A DNA stretch of 63,050 bases, counting the filler, from Hyphochytrium catenoides (Eukaryota > Protista > Hyphochytriomycota), in the NCBI GenBank assembly GCA_900088475.1. It is 7 parts of 7 records of this genome, joined end to end, with 100 filler letters (N's around TTAATTAATTAA, not from the genome) between each part and the next. Parts side by side here need not be neighbours in the genome. Positions count along the whole stretch, not along the records: positions 27,339 to 40,260 come from FLMG01002309.1; positions 40,361 to 47,839 come from FLMG01001266.1; positions 47,940 to 56,977 come from FLMG01000827.1; 4 more parts are not named here. One strand, written 5' to 3'. Shown here piece by piece: positions 38,841-51,758 of this stretch; the stretch's first letter is position 1, and every line of letters begins with the position of its first letter. Both the position numbers and the translations under genes were made by a program. The notes under the pieces are model-generated. The model worked only from the letters and a program-made list of their open reading frames with translations, searched no databases and was not told the origin of the DNA.

Positions 38841-39864
38841 CTAAGTGCTCTGAGGAGGCGCTGATTCCTCATCCCTTTCACTGCCTCTCTTCTCTTCTTC
38901 TTCAGCTTGCTCTTGCATCTCCAGCTCTTGGTCCTCCTCTTCCTCCTCTTCTGCTTCGGAGTCTGACGGCATCATCCGATTTCTATTTACGAAGAGATCA
39001 TCGTCATTGTCGTCGCTGCTATCATCGTACTCTTCATCCTCATGTTCCCCTCCTCCAACAATAGGTGAAGCAGTTCTCCTGGGTTGAGTGACAGCTTTAT
39101 CAGTGTCATTGCTACCTCGCATTTAAGTATGACGGTGAGAAAAGACCGAGCTAGCCAGCAATGGGACATCACTCACTTCTCCTGGGGTCCGTGGTGGTTT
39201 GTAGGGCGCAGGCTAAGATTCTCCTCGCTAAACGCTGCAGGCCTGATAACGGTAGCAGCGGCGGCGTGAGGTGAGCACGAAGGGTAAAGTTGAAAAGTCT
39301 GCTAAAGGATATGAGATGCGCCCGCTCCCGAAGTGATCTTAGTGCCGATGAAAGTGCATCTTCTATAGTTCATGAGATACTGCAGCTTTCATCATTTACC
39401 ACAGAGATTTCTTCTTCAGGTTCTTGATCTGGTCCTTTTTCAGTATGTGCTCTATGTTGAACTTAACAGCTCCTTCCTTGCCCTCACAGGTGACGTAGTC
39501 ATCGACAGCTTGAGATACAATGAGGAAGTCTCCTACCAGCAGAGAAGTTGAGTTCGAATGCCTCCACTCACGCTTAAGTGGCCGGACTCACCTCGCTTAA
39601 TCCATATCAGCTTCCTGAACTTTGTGGGCAGTCGAGCTAAGGCCACCATGCCATTCTCGGTCTCAACCTGCTTGCAGAGAATTTATAAATCGTTAAGGCT
39701 GATGTTCAATCGTCGCATAATAAGCGACCAACCTCAAACATGTTGCTTCCTCGCAGAGCAACAACCCGGACGATGACCTCTCCTTCAGTAGGTTCCGGCT
39801 CTCCAAATAGAACTTCATCGGTGACGGTCTTGCGATAAGCGCTTTTGCGGCCACTCCCAGACAT
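38841..39864 (-). CDS. EIF1AD: Probable RNA-binding protein EIF1AD (eIF1A-like OB fold, acidic tail)
   Basis: Spliced exons give IVRVVALRGSNMFEVETENG...LARLPTKFRKLIWIKRGDFLIV...KFNIEHILKKDQIKNLKKKSLWP, followed by DDDLFVNRNR. Confidence 0.93.
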
Positions 39865-40260
39865 GGCGCCTAGATCGTTGAGTTCCCTAGCCCCGCAATG
39901 CACCGGAAAGTCTATCAAAGCAGCAGAGATTGGCCCAGACGCGGCATGCTCACAAGTGCATTGCGACACTGAGAAGCAAAGAGAATGAAGAGCAACAGTG
40001 ATTGCTTTGAGAATGAGACGAAGCTTTAGAACGAGACTGTGGTTTGCAGAGATGAAGACCAATGATCAAGGGCAGAACGGATGGGCAGAGTGCGTCGTTG
40101 TACTTCTGTGTGCGGAATTAAGTACTACAGAGGCTGTAGTCTAGCCGTTACCGGCAGCACGTAATCAAGAAGGAGGACCAAAAACACCCAGTTCGGCGAG
40201 CTTCTCTGGCTCTTGGTCCTCTCGCCTCTTCTCCTCTCTCTCTCTCTCTCTCTCTCTTTT

Positions 40261-40360
40261 NNNNNNNNNNNNNNNNNNNNNNNNNNNNNNNNNNNNNNNN
40301 NNNNTTAATTAATTAANNNNNNNNNNNNNNNNNNNNNNNNNNNNNNNNNNNNNNNNNNNN
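40261..40360. other. Artificial contig linker
   Basis: N-run/TTAATTAATTAA/N-run, 100 bp. Confidence 0.97.
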
Positions 40361-40599
40361 GAGAGAGAGAGAGAGAGAGAGAAAAAGGGGGGAAACAAAG
40401 TAGAAGGAAGGTCCTCCAAAAAGAAGCGAAGGGGAGAAGAGGAGATAGAGAAGAGAGAAGAGAGAAGGAGAGCGAGATGGATACAACTGGTGATAGTCTT
40501 GATACTTCTCTCGCTCCTTCCCCTTCTCTTCTCTATCTCTCGCTTCGCTGTCTTCTCTCTAACGGTCTCTCTCTCTCTCTCTCTTTCGCCATTTTGCAG

Positions 40600-41127
40600 G
40601 GCACAAGGTGAGCTGGAGCCTCTCCTCACAGTGCGCGGGCACGTGGGTCCTGCCACTTCGTTCACTTTCCTGGAGGAGCGCGATCACGCCGTCACGGCGG
40701 GGACAGACGGAAATCTCTGCATCTGGGCCACTCCCCCAGTGGAAGAACCACTGGGAGACACACATTCATATACGAGGTCCTGGCTCCCCTTCGCCTCGCT
40801 CTCTCTCTCTCTCTNNNNNNNNNNNNNNNNNNNNNNNNNNNNNNNNCTCTCTCTCTCTCTCTCTCTCGCTGTTTGTCTGTCGGTCTGTCTCTCTCGCGCT
40901 GTTTGTCCTGTCTGTCGGTCTGTCGGTCTGTCTGTCTCTCTCCCGCTATCTGTCGCATGTGCTGCTGTCTGAAAGATTCTCAAGGAAGTTATAAGCCTGT
41001 CTGCTCGTTCTTTAGTCGCCTTTCCACTCTTCGATTCTCTTCCGCTCTGCCTTTCTGTGTGTGTCTCTCGGGTTCGCACTCTACCTATTCCCCAATGTCT
41101 GCCTTTGATACTCTCTCTCTCACTCTG

Positions 41128-41168
<41 letters not shown>

Positions 41169-42576
41169 CTCTCTCTCTCTTTTTTCTGACCTGATTCTCT
41201 CCGCAGGCCAAAGAAAGTGGACGCTCACTCTGACATCATTTGGGGGATTGTGGGTCTCAATAGAGGGCAAACAGTCGCCTCGATTGCTGCTGATAGTACC
41301 TTGAAGCTATGGGATCTTAACACGCTAACAGGTCGACTGCCTCACTCTCTCTCTCGTTCTTTCTTTCTTTCTCTCTCTCCCCTATTCTCTCTCCCTCACA
41401 CTCTCTCTCCTTCACTACTCCTCTTCTGCTTCCTTACCTTATCTTCCTTTCTCATAGTCTGGTCGGTATCTTTGTTACCGCGCCATCAACCTTTATCTAT
41501 CTGTCACTCTTCCTCACTCGGTCTCTCTCTTTGCTCTTCTCCTAGATGTGACGCTACGGCAAGAAATTTCCCTGAACGGCCACCGTCCAACATCTCTGGC
41601 TCTCTGCGGAGATGCGGAGAGCGATGGGGAAGGAAAGAAACTAGTCATTAGCACGAGGAAAGGAGAGATTCTCGCCTTTGATCTGCCCGAAGGAAGGCTC
41701 TCTAGCCAGCTTGAGAGCAAAGGAGCAGAAGGAGAGATTCTCATAAATCAGGTACGTAATAGAGAGACACGTCTGGAGAACAAAAGGCAGAAGCAATGTA
41801 AAGGAGAGGAGAGGACAGAGAGAAAAAGAGAGAGAGAGAAAGAGAGAGAGAAAGACAGTTAGATGAAGGTTTACAGAGCTTGAGCGCCCGCCGACTGTTT
41901 TTCTCATGCAACTTCCAGGTTATCGCTAGCCCAGACTCTCCAGTCATTTACACAGCACACCAAGATAGATTTATTAGACTCTTTGACCTTCGGACAGGTG
42001 AGTCTCTCTCTCTCCCATTTCCCTTTTAAAGTCCATCCTGGTCAATGAGCCCTCTCTTCACTCCTTTTCAGGATCCTGTGTTAAAGAGATACTGGCACAT
42101 CCGGGCGCAGTCTCCTCCCTGGCGCTCGCTAGCTCGGGGTCTTTGCTCGTTTCTGGAGGTCAGAGAGAGCGCCACAGTCCCTTCTTTCTTTCTTTCTCTG
42201 TCTCTCTCTCATCAGCTTATCTTGCTGCTTTCTAGGTCACGATGGCTCTATTAGGACGTGGAGCCTGTCAACGGGAGGCTGTCTACACGAAATGACGGTA
42301 TGGACGTGCTAATTTTACTTCTTTCTGTTTCCTTTTCTTGAGAGGCGTTGTGACTTGGGGTCAGCCTTTCTTCCTCTCTTCTCTCTCTCTCTCTGTGTCA
42401 TCCCGTGTCTCTCTCTCTCTCTCTTTCCCTATCTTTCTCTCTCGCTCACATGGTTTTGGTGTCTGCAGGCCTTCGAATCACGGCTGGGAGAAGCGATACA
42501 TTCTGTCGCTTACCATCCAGCTAAGGATCTGCTAGGTGTAGGAGGCATCGATGGTATAGTGCGCCTTTATAATTGA
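40600..42576 (+). CDS. STRN: Striatin-family WD40 protein, 3' part (5' end lost at contig start)
   Basis: LEPLLTVRGHVGP...AGTDGNLCIW, AHSDIIWG...ASIAADSTLKLWD, INQVIASPDSPVIYTAHQDRFIRLFD, AHPGAVSSLAL...VSGGHDGSIRTW and RLGEAIHSVAYHP...GGIDGIVRLYN* follow the striatin WD40 domain motif by motif. Confidence 0.85.
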
Positions 42577-42884
42577 TGTCGGTCAGACAGCAGAAGAAGA
42601 AAGAGACGGGGAAGATAAAAGGGGAAGTCCTTAAAAGGGAGCAAGACGAGAGGAATGTATACCGTTCTCTCTCTCGTCCTCCAGAGAGAGACGCTTGCCA
42701 AGAAGTGTGTCGCACCCTGAGGACATTTACTCCCACTATGAGTCCACTACTAAGTGAGAACTTCACCAGTGTTTCCATGCGTATGCTGTCAACATTCTAG
42801 TACAGAAGATTCAAAAGAGGGAAGTAGAGGAGAGAAGAGAAGAGAAGAGAGAGAGATAGAAAGAGTCTTGGTCTATGGGTCCTA

Positions 42885-43477
42885 CTAGCGTCCTATGCTT
42901 TTAGGGTCATCCTCAGCCTTAGAGAACATCCGGTTCAGGAAGACATCTTCCACGGTGTTCCGCTCTACGATGGCTTCGGGAAAGAGGATCGCCGCCACGC
43001 TTCTGTCTTCAGCGTTCAGGATATTGAAGGTAGCCAGAGCGTTCGACTACGACAGACAGAGGAGAGGAGTGAGTAAGAGAGAGAGAGGTGGAGAGAGAGA
43101 GAGGGAGAGAGAGAGAGACATAATGGAGCACGCTACCAGCAAAGATTGAAAGAGAGAAGGATAAAAAAGAGAATTGCGCTGAAGAGAAGCCCATAGATGG
43201 ATCGCGTAGGGAGAGAAAAGAGGATAGACAGGGTCTGCGGTCTGATCGCGTATAAGAGAAGCTTGCGGGAAAGGAAAGGGTCGAGAGAACTAAAGCAAAA
43301 AAGCCGGGAGAGTGTTAGGGAAGAGAAGCGGTCAAAAGTGATGGCGTTTTAGCTACCGGATTGGTGATCTCTACGCCGATCCCATGCCTGTCCAGGGTCT
43401 GGGCGACCTCAGGTCTCAGCTGGACCCTTGAACAGTTCTCAGTGCCAAGGAACAATAGGTCTGAAGACAGAGAGAGA

Positions 43478-43509
<32 letters not shown>

Positions 43510-44954
43510 CCAGCGTCAAGAAATTAGAACATGAAGAGAGAGAAAAGAGAAGTAAAGGAGCAAGGCAACGAGGCCCGTACCAAGGGGAGGATCAGCCACA
43601 AGGAGAAGCTGAAGACTCTCCAGCGTGATATCCTCCACACGCTTAACATTGAATAACTATTCGGGGATAAGAGGAAGGAGTGAGAGGGCGGAAGGGAAAG
43701 GTTATGGAGGAAAAGAACCTAAAGAATGGCCACAGGCATGGCCAAGAGGAGCTTTGACGGTGCGGGCCCGGAAGAGAGAGAAAGGGGCAAAGTGAGATAG
43801 GGACAGAACAGAGAGAAAGACACGGAAAGGGAGAAATGGCGGAGAAAGAAGGCAAGGAGAGAAGAAAGGAAGAGAAAGGGATGGCAGAGAAACAAAAGGC
43901 AAGAGAGAGAGAGAAAGAGAGTGAATAGATAAGATGTAAGAGAGAGAGCGAGAGACTAAAAGAGGAGCGAGCTAGAGACAAAAAGAGAGAGCGAGAGGGA
44001 GAGAGAGAGAGAGTAGAAGCAAGGGCACTACCTATAAAAAGAGGTGACTCGACGGCAGAGGAGAGGAGGTGGCGCTAAGACGAGGTATTTGGACCTACCA
44101 AAGCCTTTGAAGGAAGGACAATCACTGCGCCTTGGTGCTCCTGGCAAGCAGCAAACGACAGAGCCGAGGGCATGTGAGACAGAGTCGCAGATTAGGGTCC
44201 AAGCACAAGTCAGATAGAGGCTGAGACACAATGATAAAGATGAGAGAACGGAAGCACCAAGTGGGCCAACACCTACCACGTCGTCTATGAAGAAAGAGGT
44301 ATCTGAATAACCAGTGACGGTGACCTTTGACCCGCCAGACATCATCTCCTATAAGCGACAAAGTGGGAGGGTAAGGCAGTGAAGGAGCACGCACGTACGA
44401 GGCAGGACAGCTATGGAGAAGGAAGGACCTGCACGACGAGAGAGATAGCGAGATAGCGAGAGAGACGGAGAGAGGAGAAAGAGAGAGAGAAAGAGAGAGA
44501 AGAAAGAGAGAGTGAAAGGGAGAGAGAGAAGAGAGAGAGAGAAAGAGAGAGGACGAGGGAAAAAGAGAGGACGAGAGAAAGAGACGAGAGAGAAAGAAAG
44601 AGAGAAAAGTAGAGAGAGAGAGAGAGAGTATAAGCGTAGGACTTCTGCGGCCACGCGGACGAGGTATCGGAGCTGTCTGTCAAGTCAGACAGTCAGACAG
44701 AGACATCCATGTGAGCTCTCGTGGTAAGGGCCAGGCAAGCACAGAAAGGAGGAGCCAGACGGGAAGGCAAGGCTAGATACCGATTGCAGGTCGCTGCCGC
44801 CAAAAGATTGCAGCCTAGAAGAGAAGTGGTACGGGCGACAATGGGCCCAGAGAGGAGGTTCCGTCCGAGAGCTACGAGCTCGAGCCATCGTTGCACCACC
44901 AGCCCTCCGGACTTGCCTCATCAGGCTAGATCTCACCCATCTACCGCTCGCCAT
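42885..44954 (-). CDS. NDUFAF3: Complex I assembly factor NDUFAF3 (Mth938/DUF498 domain) with mitochondrial presequence-like N-terminus
   Basis: Spliced exons give VTVTGYSDTSFFIDDVEHQGAVIVLP...EDITLESLQLLLVADPPLDLLFLGT...GIGVEITNPSNALATFNILNAEDRSVAAIL. The N-terminus is Arg/Ser-rich; 5' exons are approximate. Confidence 0.88.
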
Positions 44955-45690
44955 ACTTCTGAATAATGTCATCGTGTCTATCCACTGGACCTCTGTCTCT
45001 TGAAGACTAATGCCTGATGAGCTTCAGAATCTGCATCTTCATCTCGATCCGCGCGCTGCCTGTGAGCTCTGGAGCCTTCTTTCTCCGCCTCCGAAAGTGA
45101 CACAAGCTTAGACGTCAAGAACTGTCAAAAGCACTCAATCGAACTACAATTTTGGCATTCTGTCATTCTCCCCGTGTAAATTGACAAGCATTTCAGATTC
45201 TTTATACACAAGATGAAAGGACAAATTAGCCCTTATTTGCCATCCTTCGCTCTTATTTCACAATAAAGAGGTTGTTAATTTGTGGAGAAAGAACTGTGAG
45301 AAGTTGATGGCGCATCTTGGCGCGAGTCATCGCCGCTTCTTCCTCTTCAATCCGCGTCCTTCTTCAACATCAGCCACTCAAGCAGGACAGCGACTGACCG
45401 CAGACGGAGAAGAGAGAGAAGACTGAGACGCCAGGGAAGCGTTGGTGGAGCAGACAGAGAGAAAAGAGAGTAAGAGAGAGCGTACGAACTCCCACCAATG
45501 CGGCGTGAGGGGCCTAGGCAAGCGCCATGTGGATCTGTCGAAGAAAGGAGAGAGTAGGTCGTGGGTCCATGGGAGCACTAGGGGCCGGACATTCAATAGG
45601 ATTGGCAAAGACAGGAACCTGCAGACTGCTAAGATAGTGCAGGAGGCTTGACTTCTCTTCCTTGGCTCTTCGAGTCACTTCCCCTATCTG

Positions 45691-47839
45691 ATGGCTCTCC
45701 GGATGGCAAACGTGGGGATGTCAAGTCGCCGGTTGTTCTGTCTTAAGTCATCGCCAAGGCACTGCAGAAGCCCATTCTCTGCTCCTTCCTCTTCCTCTTG
45801 CTCACTGTCAGTCCAGAACGGCAATCGGTTCTTGAGCTCTCAAAGCAGAGCCGCGCTTCTCGCTCCTCCGCTGACTCGACGTCGAGAGCTACATCCAAGA
45901 CATCTTCTTACCTTCTCTCTCTCCACTTCCCGTTATCGGCACACTTCTGCTCGAGGTGGAGAGAGGCGCAAAGAGCTTCTGGCAGCACACGCGGATCAGC
46001 TTCACTTGGGAGAGGGACTGTTCGGCATTCCGGAGCTGCGTACCCCAGATGGCTTCATAGTCCTGGCCAGAGAGGCGGTGAGGAGCGCGAACGAGATCCG
46101 TCAAAAGGTTTGTCAGAGATAGAAGGTTGGACCTGAGAAAGCTGGTCCGATGCCTGCCTTACCGCGTCTCTCTCTCATTCTCTTTCCCTATCTTCCTCTT
46201 GCCCTCTCTCTGTCTCTCTCCCTCTCTCTTCAGAAACGTGTCCACCGTATCTCTGCAGGCGACGTCTTCCGCTCCTTCATTTTCTGCGTCACATCTCTCC
46301 TCTTAACATCAGTCGCGCTCTCTGCCGCCTACTGTTCCCTTTGCTTCTTTCTTTCCCCATCAGCCTTTTTTTTCTGTCAGAGAATTAACATGTGCCCTCT
46401 CTCGGTTCCTCTTTTTCTGCCACTTTCTCTCTCTCTCTCTCTCTTCCGTCACCTGCGTAACGCTTCCCTCCTCACGGCCGTCCTCTCCTCTTCAGATTCT
46501 GGATCCTTCGAGTGGAGGCTTGCCTCTAATCCGCCTGCTGGACGATCTCTCTGATGTTCTCTGTAAGGTGGCCGACGCCGCTGAGCTGGTCAGGAACGTC
46601 CATCCAGGTACAGCACACGAGAGCAGGAAAAACCGGAATGAGAAAATGAGAGAGAGAGGGAGGACAGACAGACAGAGAAAGAGAGAGATAAAGAGAGAGA
46701 TAAAGAGAGAGAGACACAGAAAGAGAGGAAAAAAAAGAAAGAGAAATAACATAAACAGAGAAAGAAGAGACACAAACAGATAATCCGTTAGGACTAAGAA
46801 GAGGAAGAGAAAACGTGAGGAATAATCAAGGGAAAGACAAGTTTTAGTGGACAAAGCGAGACATAAAGAGACGACAGTACTAAGGCGGTGGATACTTGCA
46901 GATCCCAAGTTCCGTGAGAAGAGCACCGAAGCCTTTGAGATGCTCTCGGACTACATTCAGCGCCTGAACACGGACCAGGAGGTGTACAACGCCCTCAGAC
47001 GCGTGACGGATGACGAGCAGCTAATGGAAAGCTTGTCAGAGGTAACACTGACCCACCTACGCAGGAAAAGAAAGTTGAAGCAGGAGAGCGGGAGGGTGAG
47101 AGAGAGAGAGAGAGAGAGAGACGGGGCAATCTAGACTTCATTAAGCATATGTTCTGTTATCGTCTTCGTCAATGTCTCCAATCCCGCCTAACTTTCTCTC
47201 TTTCAGGTACTTGGATGTCTTCCGTCATCTTGCTATTTTGGCTGTTTTCCCTCTCTCTCCCCCTCCCTCCCCCCTCCCCTCTCTCTCTCTCTCTCTCCTC
47301 TTTCTCTTGCTCACTGCTCAAACTTGTCGTGACCTCTAGGAGCAGTACCGTATGGTCACTCTGCTAAAGCAAGAGTGCGAGCGGCAAGGCATTCATCTTC
47401 CTCCCGCAGAGAGAGAAAGGGCCGTTCGCTTGCAACAGGAGCTGATGATTCTAGGGATCAAATTCCAGCACAACATCAACACAGCGCTAAGCTACATCAG
47501 AGTCAAAAGGAATTCGGTATGGCAGATCGACCTATCTTCTTGTCTGTCTCTCTCTCTGTGTCTCTCTCTCTCTCTTTACCTCCTACTGGAGTGCTTGGCG
47601 TACAACTATCTCTTCTATAAATCTCTCAGTTGCTGATGGCACTTTTTTCTTCCTTCCCACTCTGCGTCTCGATTGTTCAACATCTCTCATTGTCGACTTC
47701 TTCCACGGCCTTAACGACCATTGGCTATCTTCCCCGTAGGTTCGCTCTCTTCCCGCTTCGCTTTCGAGCAGCGTGATCCCTGATTCTCAGGATCCGTCCT
47801 TCGTCCTCCTCCCGAGCAGCATTCACATGGCCAACGCGG
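45691..47839 (+). CDS. MIPEP: Mitochondrial intermediate peptidase (peptidase M3, MIP/Oct1), 5' part truncated by contig end
   Basis: Presequence-like N-terminus, then [53 protein letters not shown] and ECERQGIHLP. Confidence 0.92.
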
Positions 47840-47939
47840 NNNNNNNNNNNNNNNNNNNNNNNNNNNNNNNNNNNNNNNNNNNNTTAATTAATTAANNNNN
47901 NNNNNNNNNNNNNNNNNNNNNNNNNNNNNNNNNNNNNNN
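47840..47939. other. Artificial contig linker
   Basis: N-run/TTAATTAATTAA/N-run, 100 bp. Confidence 0.97.
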
Positions 47940-47997
47940 GAAAGTCCATGAGATGCAGGGAGGGAGGATGGAGCAAGAGATACAACCAAGAGCAGAC

Positions 47998-49139
47998 CTT
48001 TTCTCCTGTAAGCGAAAGCTCAGTAGTAAGCGCCTCCACAGCTGCAGAGATGGCGCTGCAGTCAGTTTCGACGCTTCGATTCTTCCATTCCTCGCGGCTA
48101 GGCAAATGAAGGTTTAGTTCAAGGGCGATGGAGTGGTAAACTGCAGGTAGGGAGAAGAGCCGAAGACCATGGATGCTCGAGGATAGTCAGAGAAGGATTA
48201 ACTGGCGTTAAAAGACGAACAGAAGCCACTCCGGAAGAAGATGAGAAGGAAGATTCGTGACAGCTGAGAATAAGAACGTCTCTGCGAGGGAAGACACAGA
48301 GGCAAAGAAAGGTAGCTACCACTCATCTATTCTTCGCTCTAGTTCCCTAACATGACCGGCCACCTCTTCATCACAATGCTGACCCTGTCGCTGGTTGTCA
48401 AGCAGCTGTTTCTGGTCTCGTTTTAGCTCCTGAAGCTCCTCCGTCACGACCTCGGACAACGTAAGAAAAGCCTGTCGTAACAGATCCACCTACAGAGAGT
48501 GGTCAGCATGATGATAGATAACTCCTGATTCTTGAAACAAGGTTTCTCCGGTGCTGCCATCTCTCTTTTGAACGAAATGGCTCGCGCCGTCTGCCTACAC
48601 TTCGCGCTACCAGTAGACGGCTTCCTCTTGTCGCACTTTCCAGGACGTTTTNNNNNNNNNNNNNNNNNNNNNNNNNNNNNNNNNNNNNNNNNNNNNNNNN
48701 NNNNNNNNNNNNNNNNNNNNNNNNNNNNNNNNNNNNNNNNNNNNNNNNNNNNNNNNNNNNNNNNNNNNNNNNNNNNNNNNNNNNNNNNNNNNNNCTCTCT
48801 CCTGTATGTCTCTTGCACCCGTTCCACACTCTCCCTCTCTGTCTCTTCCCTTTAGCTCTTTCTACCTTCAACGTGAAGCAGTGGATAGTGAAAGGCTACC
48901 TGATGAAAGAGATACTCAAAAGTCTGCTGAGACTCGTTCTCCAGCTCCAATTGATCCTTATTCGAGCTCAACAGAGATCTGATCGCCCGCTTCATACCCA
49001 GCAAGTCTGACACCAGAGAAGAAGATGCGGAGGAGCCTTTCCCAGTCTTGTGTGCAGCTCTTCCCGGCGAATGAGGCCTGCTCTTCCAAGAAGAGGGACT
49101 TACAGTTGCTTCTTCGCCGTTCATCCTCCTCCTGCTCAT
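47998..49139 (-). CDS. Hypothetical coiled-coil protein, 5' part (truncated)
   Basis: Exon 1 (...QQTFEYLFHQ|gt) joins in phase 0 to the exon VDLLRQAFLTLSEVVTEELQELKRDQKQLL (~48363-48488). A further exon-like segment lies near 48000-48100. Confidence 0.5.
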
Positions 49140-50765
49140 TTGGTACGCTCCCTGCTCGTTGATGTTAGGTCTCGTGACTGAGGTCTCTCCCTGTAGCGTA
49201 ATCTTACACTCTAGAGTTTGACACTTTAAGATGAAGGCTAGCTACCTCCGTGCACACTATACGACCAAGGGATCATGCTGGTAAAGGATAAGCCGCAGTC
49301 AAGTGCACGCAAGGAGAAGGGCAGCACCGGCAGCATCATGTGGCAAACTCGTGCTGCTTTTTGGTGTCCTTTCACTCTCAACTTCCACTTTCATGCTGCC
49401 CGCTAAATCCGCTAACGGTGGAGATTAGTGAAGGTTTCTTGGCCTGGGTTGGTGACAACTTGGCCATTGGTGAGCTGGTGACAGCGCTGTCTCTTCATCA
49501 TTCTCTTGAAAGACATGTTCGATGTTCCGCGATGATGAAGAGATAATTTGGACTGGACACTAGTCCGCTCTCTACACTCGTAAGTCGATAATGTACTACG
49601 TACGGTCCTGCCAGAACTATTAATAACCCGCCTTGAAGGCTTGACTATCGATCAGCTACCTTGTGGGCTTGCTTAGTTCCCTTGCAATCCTCCCTAAATG
49701 CAGAGCTCAAGGCCTTCTGCTCAGTCAAATATCTTAATTAAGTTATTGCCGCTTTGAATATGCTAATGGCGCCTCTATTACTCATGATCGCTAATCTTTG
49801 AAAGTCGTAAGGGCGGCGCCTACTTGGCAAACGTGCTCACCGTATCCATCCCGCTGCTTGCATCGACTTGTTGGTAACACTGAGGCTACGAAGGGAACTC
49901 CCATCAAGAACTCCTAAAACCCAATGAAGTATACACCTCCTTGCATCTTGTAGGAGCAGCCATTGAACAGTCAGCACAAGGAAGGGGGCTGATGGGCAGG
50001 ATCCTTATCGAGCTAGATGATGAGCCTGCCTCAAGCCTGATGACTTAGCCTTAATCCATAATCACGGCTCTATCCACGTGCCGTGCTGTCTCCTAGACAA
50101 AGAACAACCCAGAGCTAGTATTATTTCACTTCATGAGCAGACCAAGAGTGATCTCGGCTGGTTGCAGACTGGGGAAAGCGAAGTTAGGTGGCGGTGCCAA
50201 GTGTCGCCATCCAAAGAGAACGGGAAGAGCCCTCGATCTCCTGGAGTCTGGGATGTACACCAGAGCGTCCGCTCATCTCTAGGTGGCGAAGAAGTGGCCA
50301 GCTCATGTGCTCACGGCCGATGTGCTTTGTCGTTACATAAGCGGACATAACGTTCTCGATAAGCTTGAGTCATAGCAGGGAAAACGACTAAACTATAGAC
50401 TCTTGCCGGAGAAATGTACCTGTATTTGAGCGGATGGCGGCGAGGCACAAGTATCGAGTGTGAATGGTCACTTCTAAAAGACGAAGTCCCTTGCGTAAGG
50501 CAGGGCATATCAGGCAATCCTCTGGCACGGGCATAGCCGCTGGCACAACGTCGTAGAAATCTAGAAGGAGCGTCACATTATTTCGCTTTTTGCCTTTGTT
50601 GAAGCACAAGAAAAGGTCACTTGGATCAACCTTGACTCACCGCGGGTGGAATGTATCATCTCTTTCCACCCAGCTAAGCCGGTCGTCTTGCATACAGCCC
50701 CAGCCTTGCTGGCTAAGAAGCTAACTCAGAAAATTTACCAGGACTCCGTAGAAGGTGGACACTAC

Positions 50766-51758
50766 TCAATGCTTTCGCTTGCGTCCGAGTTGATGTCTTC
50801 CCGAAATCTTGGTCATCTTCCACGCAAGCCATATGGCGCCAGCAAGTCCGATGAAAAAGAAGAAAGGGAAGATCGAGAAGTCTGAAAGCGGCTCCTCTTT
50901 GTGACTATTCAAGAAGGAGGCCTCATCCGGAAGAGGGTCAGCTCTTTCAACGCTTGGCTTCACCTCGCGAGCTGCGAGTGGCACCTTCTTGCCCTGAGTC
51001 ACAGGACTTCGGTTCGGTGAAGGATGCTTGTCTCCCACTTGCTCCTTGAGCGATTGAGCATTGCCGACCGTGGACCTTAGAGACTTCTTCTTTTCAGTTC
51101 CTGCAACCTCCTTTATAGCAGATAGGACCTTGCAGGTGTGGATGTAGTCTATTTCAGGGTATTCCTTCCTGTGAACCATAGAGAGAAAGAGTGTCAAATG
51201 CCGGTAGTAGGTGAAACCTGCCTATAGGTGCTGGGCATTTTGAATCCCATCCTACCTGATGTATGCGGCACCCTCGAGGTGCATGCGATCGTTATCTGGA
51301 GCCTTTCCTCCAAACACCTTTAGATCTCCGTACCCCGAGTAGAACAAGGAAACAGTCTCCATCCCCTCAACTACTTTTCCAAATGGTGTCTCCCAAGGAG
51401 CCTTTCCCAGATGATCTGAGTCTGCGTACGAAATGAAGATCTGTGAGTCTCTGCTATTGTTACCACTGCCTGCAAAAGCCATAGTGCCACGAACAAAGGG
51501 TATGTCCAGGGGTGGATCATCCTGGATGGTACCCCACTTCCGAATGCGTTGATTGACCTCAGGGGAAGCGGCGATGCCAAATTGGACGATGAAGTTAGGA
51601 ATAACTCTAAAGAAGCTAACTCCATCCCAATAACCAGCTTCGACAAGCTCCAGGTAGCGCTTTGCTCCAAGCGGTGACCACTCTGGATGGACTTCGGCGA
51701 CAAATATACCCTTCGTCGTGTTGCAGGTCACTCGAGGAAGTTTGCCTTCGTTGGACAT
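50766..51758 (-). CDS. Cyclophilin-type PPIase with C-terminal TM anchor (paralog 1); start may lie upstream
   Basis: TTKG...WSPLGAKRYLELV...FFRVIPNFIVQFG...GTMAFAGSGNNSRDSQIFI...PFGKVVEGM. Intron 51169-51255. TM segment FSIFPFFFFIGLAGAIWLAW, then a basic tail. Confidence 0.92.

Noticed and set aside
49900-50700. Short ORFs downstream of cyclophilin 1
   Set aside because: No recognisable domain; all frames are interrupted.
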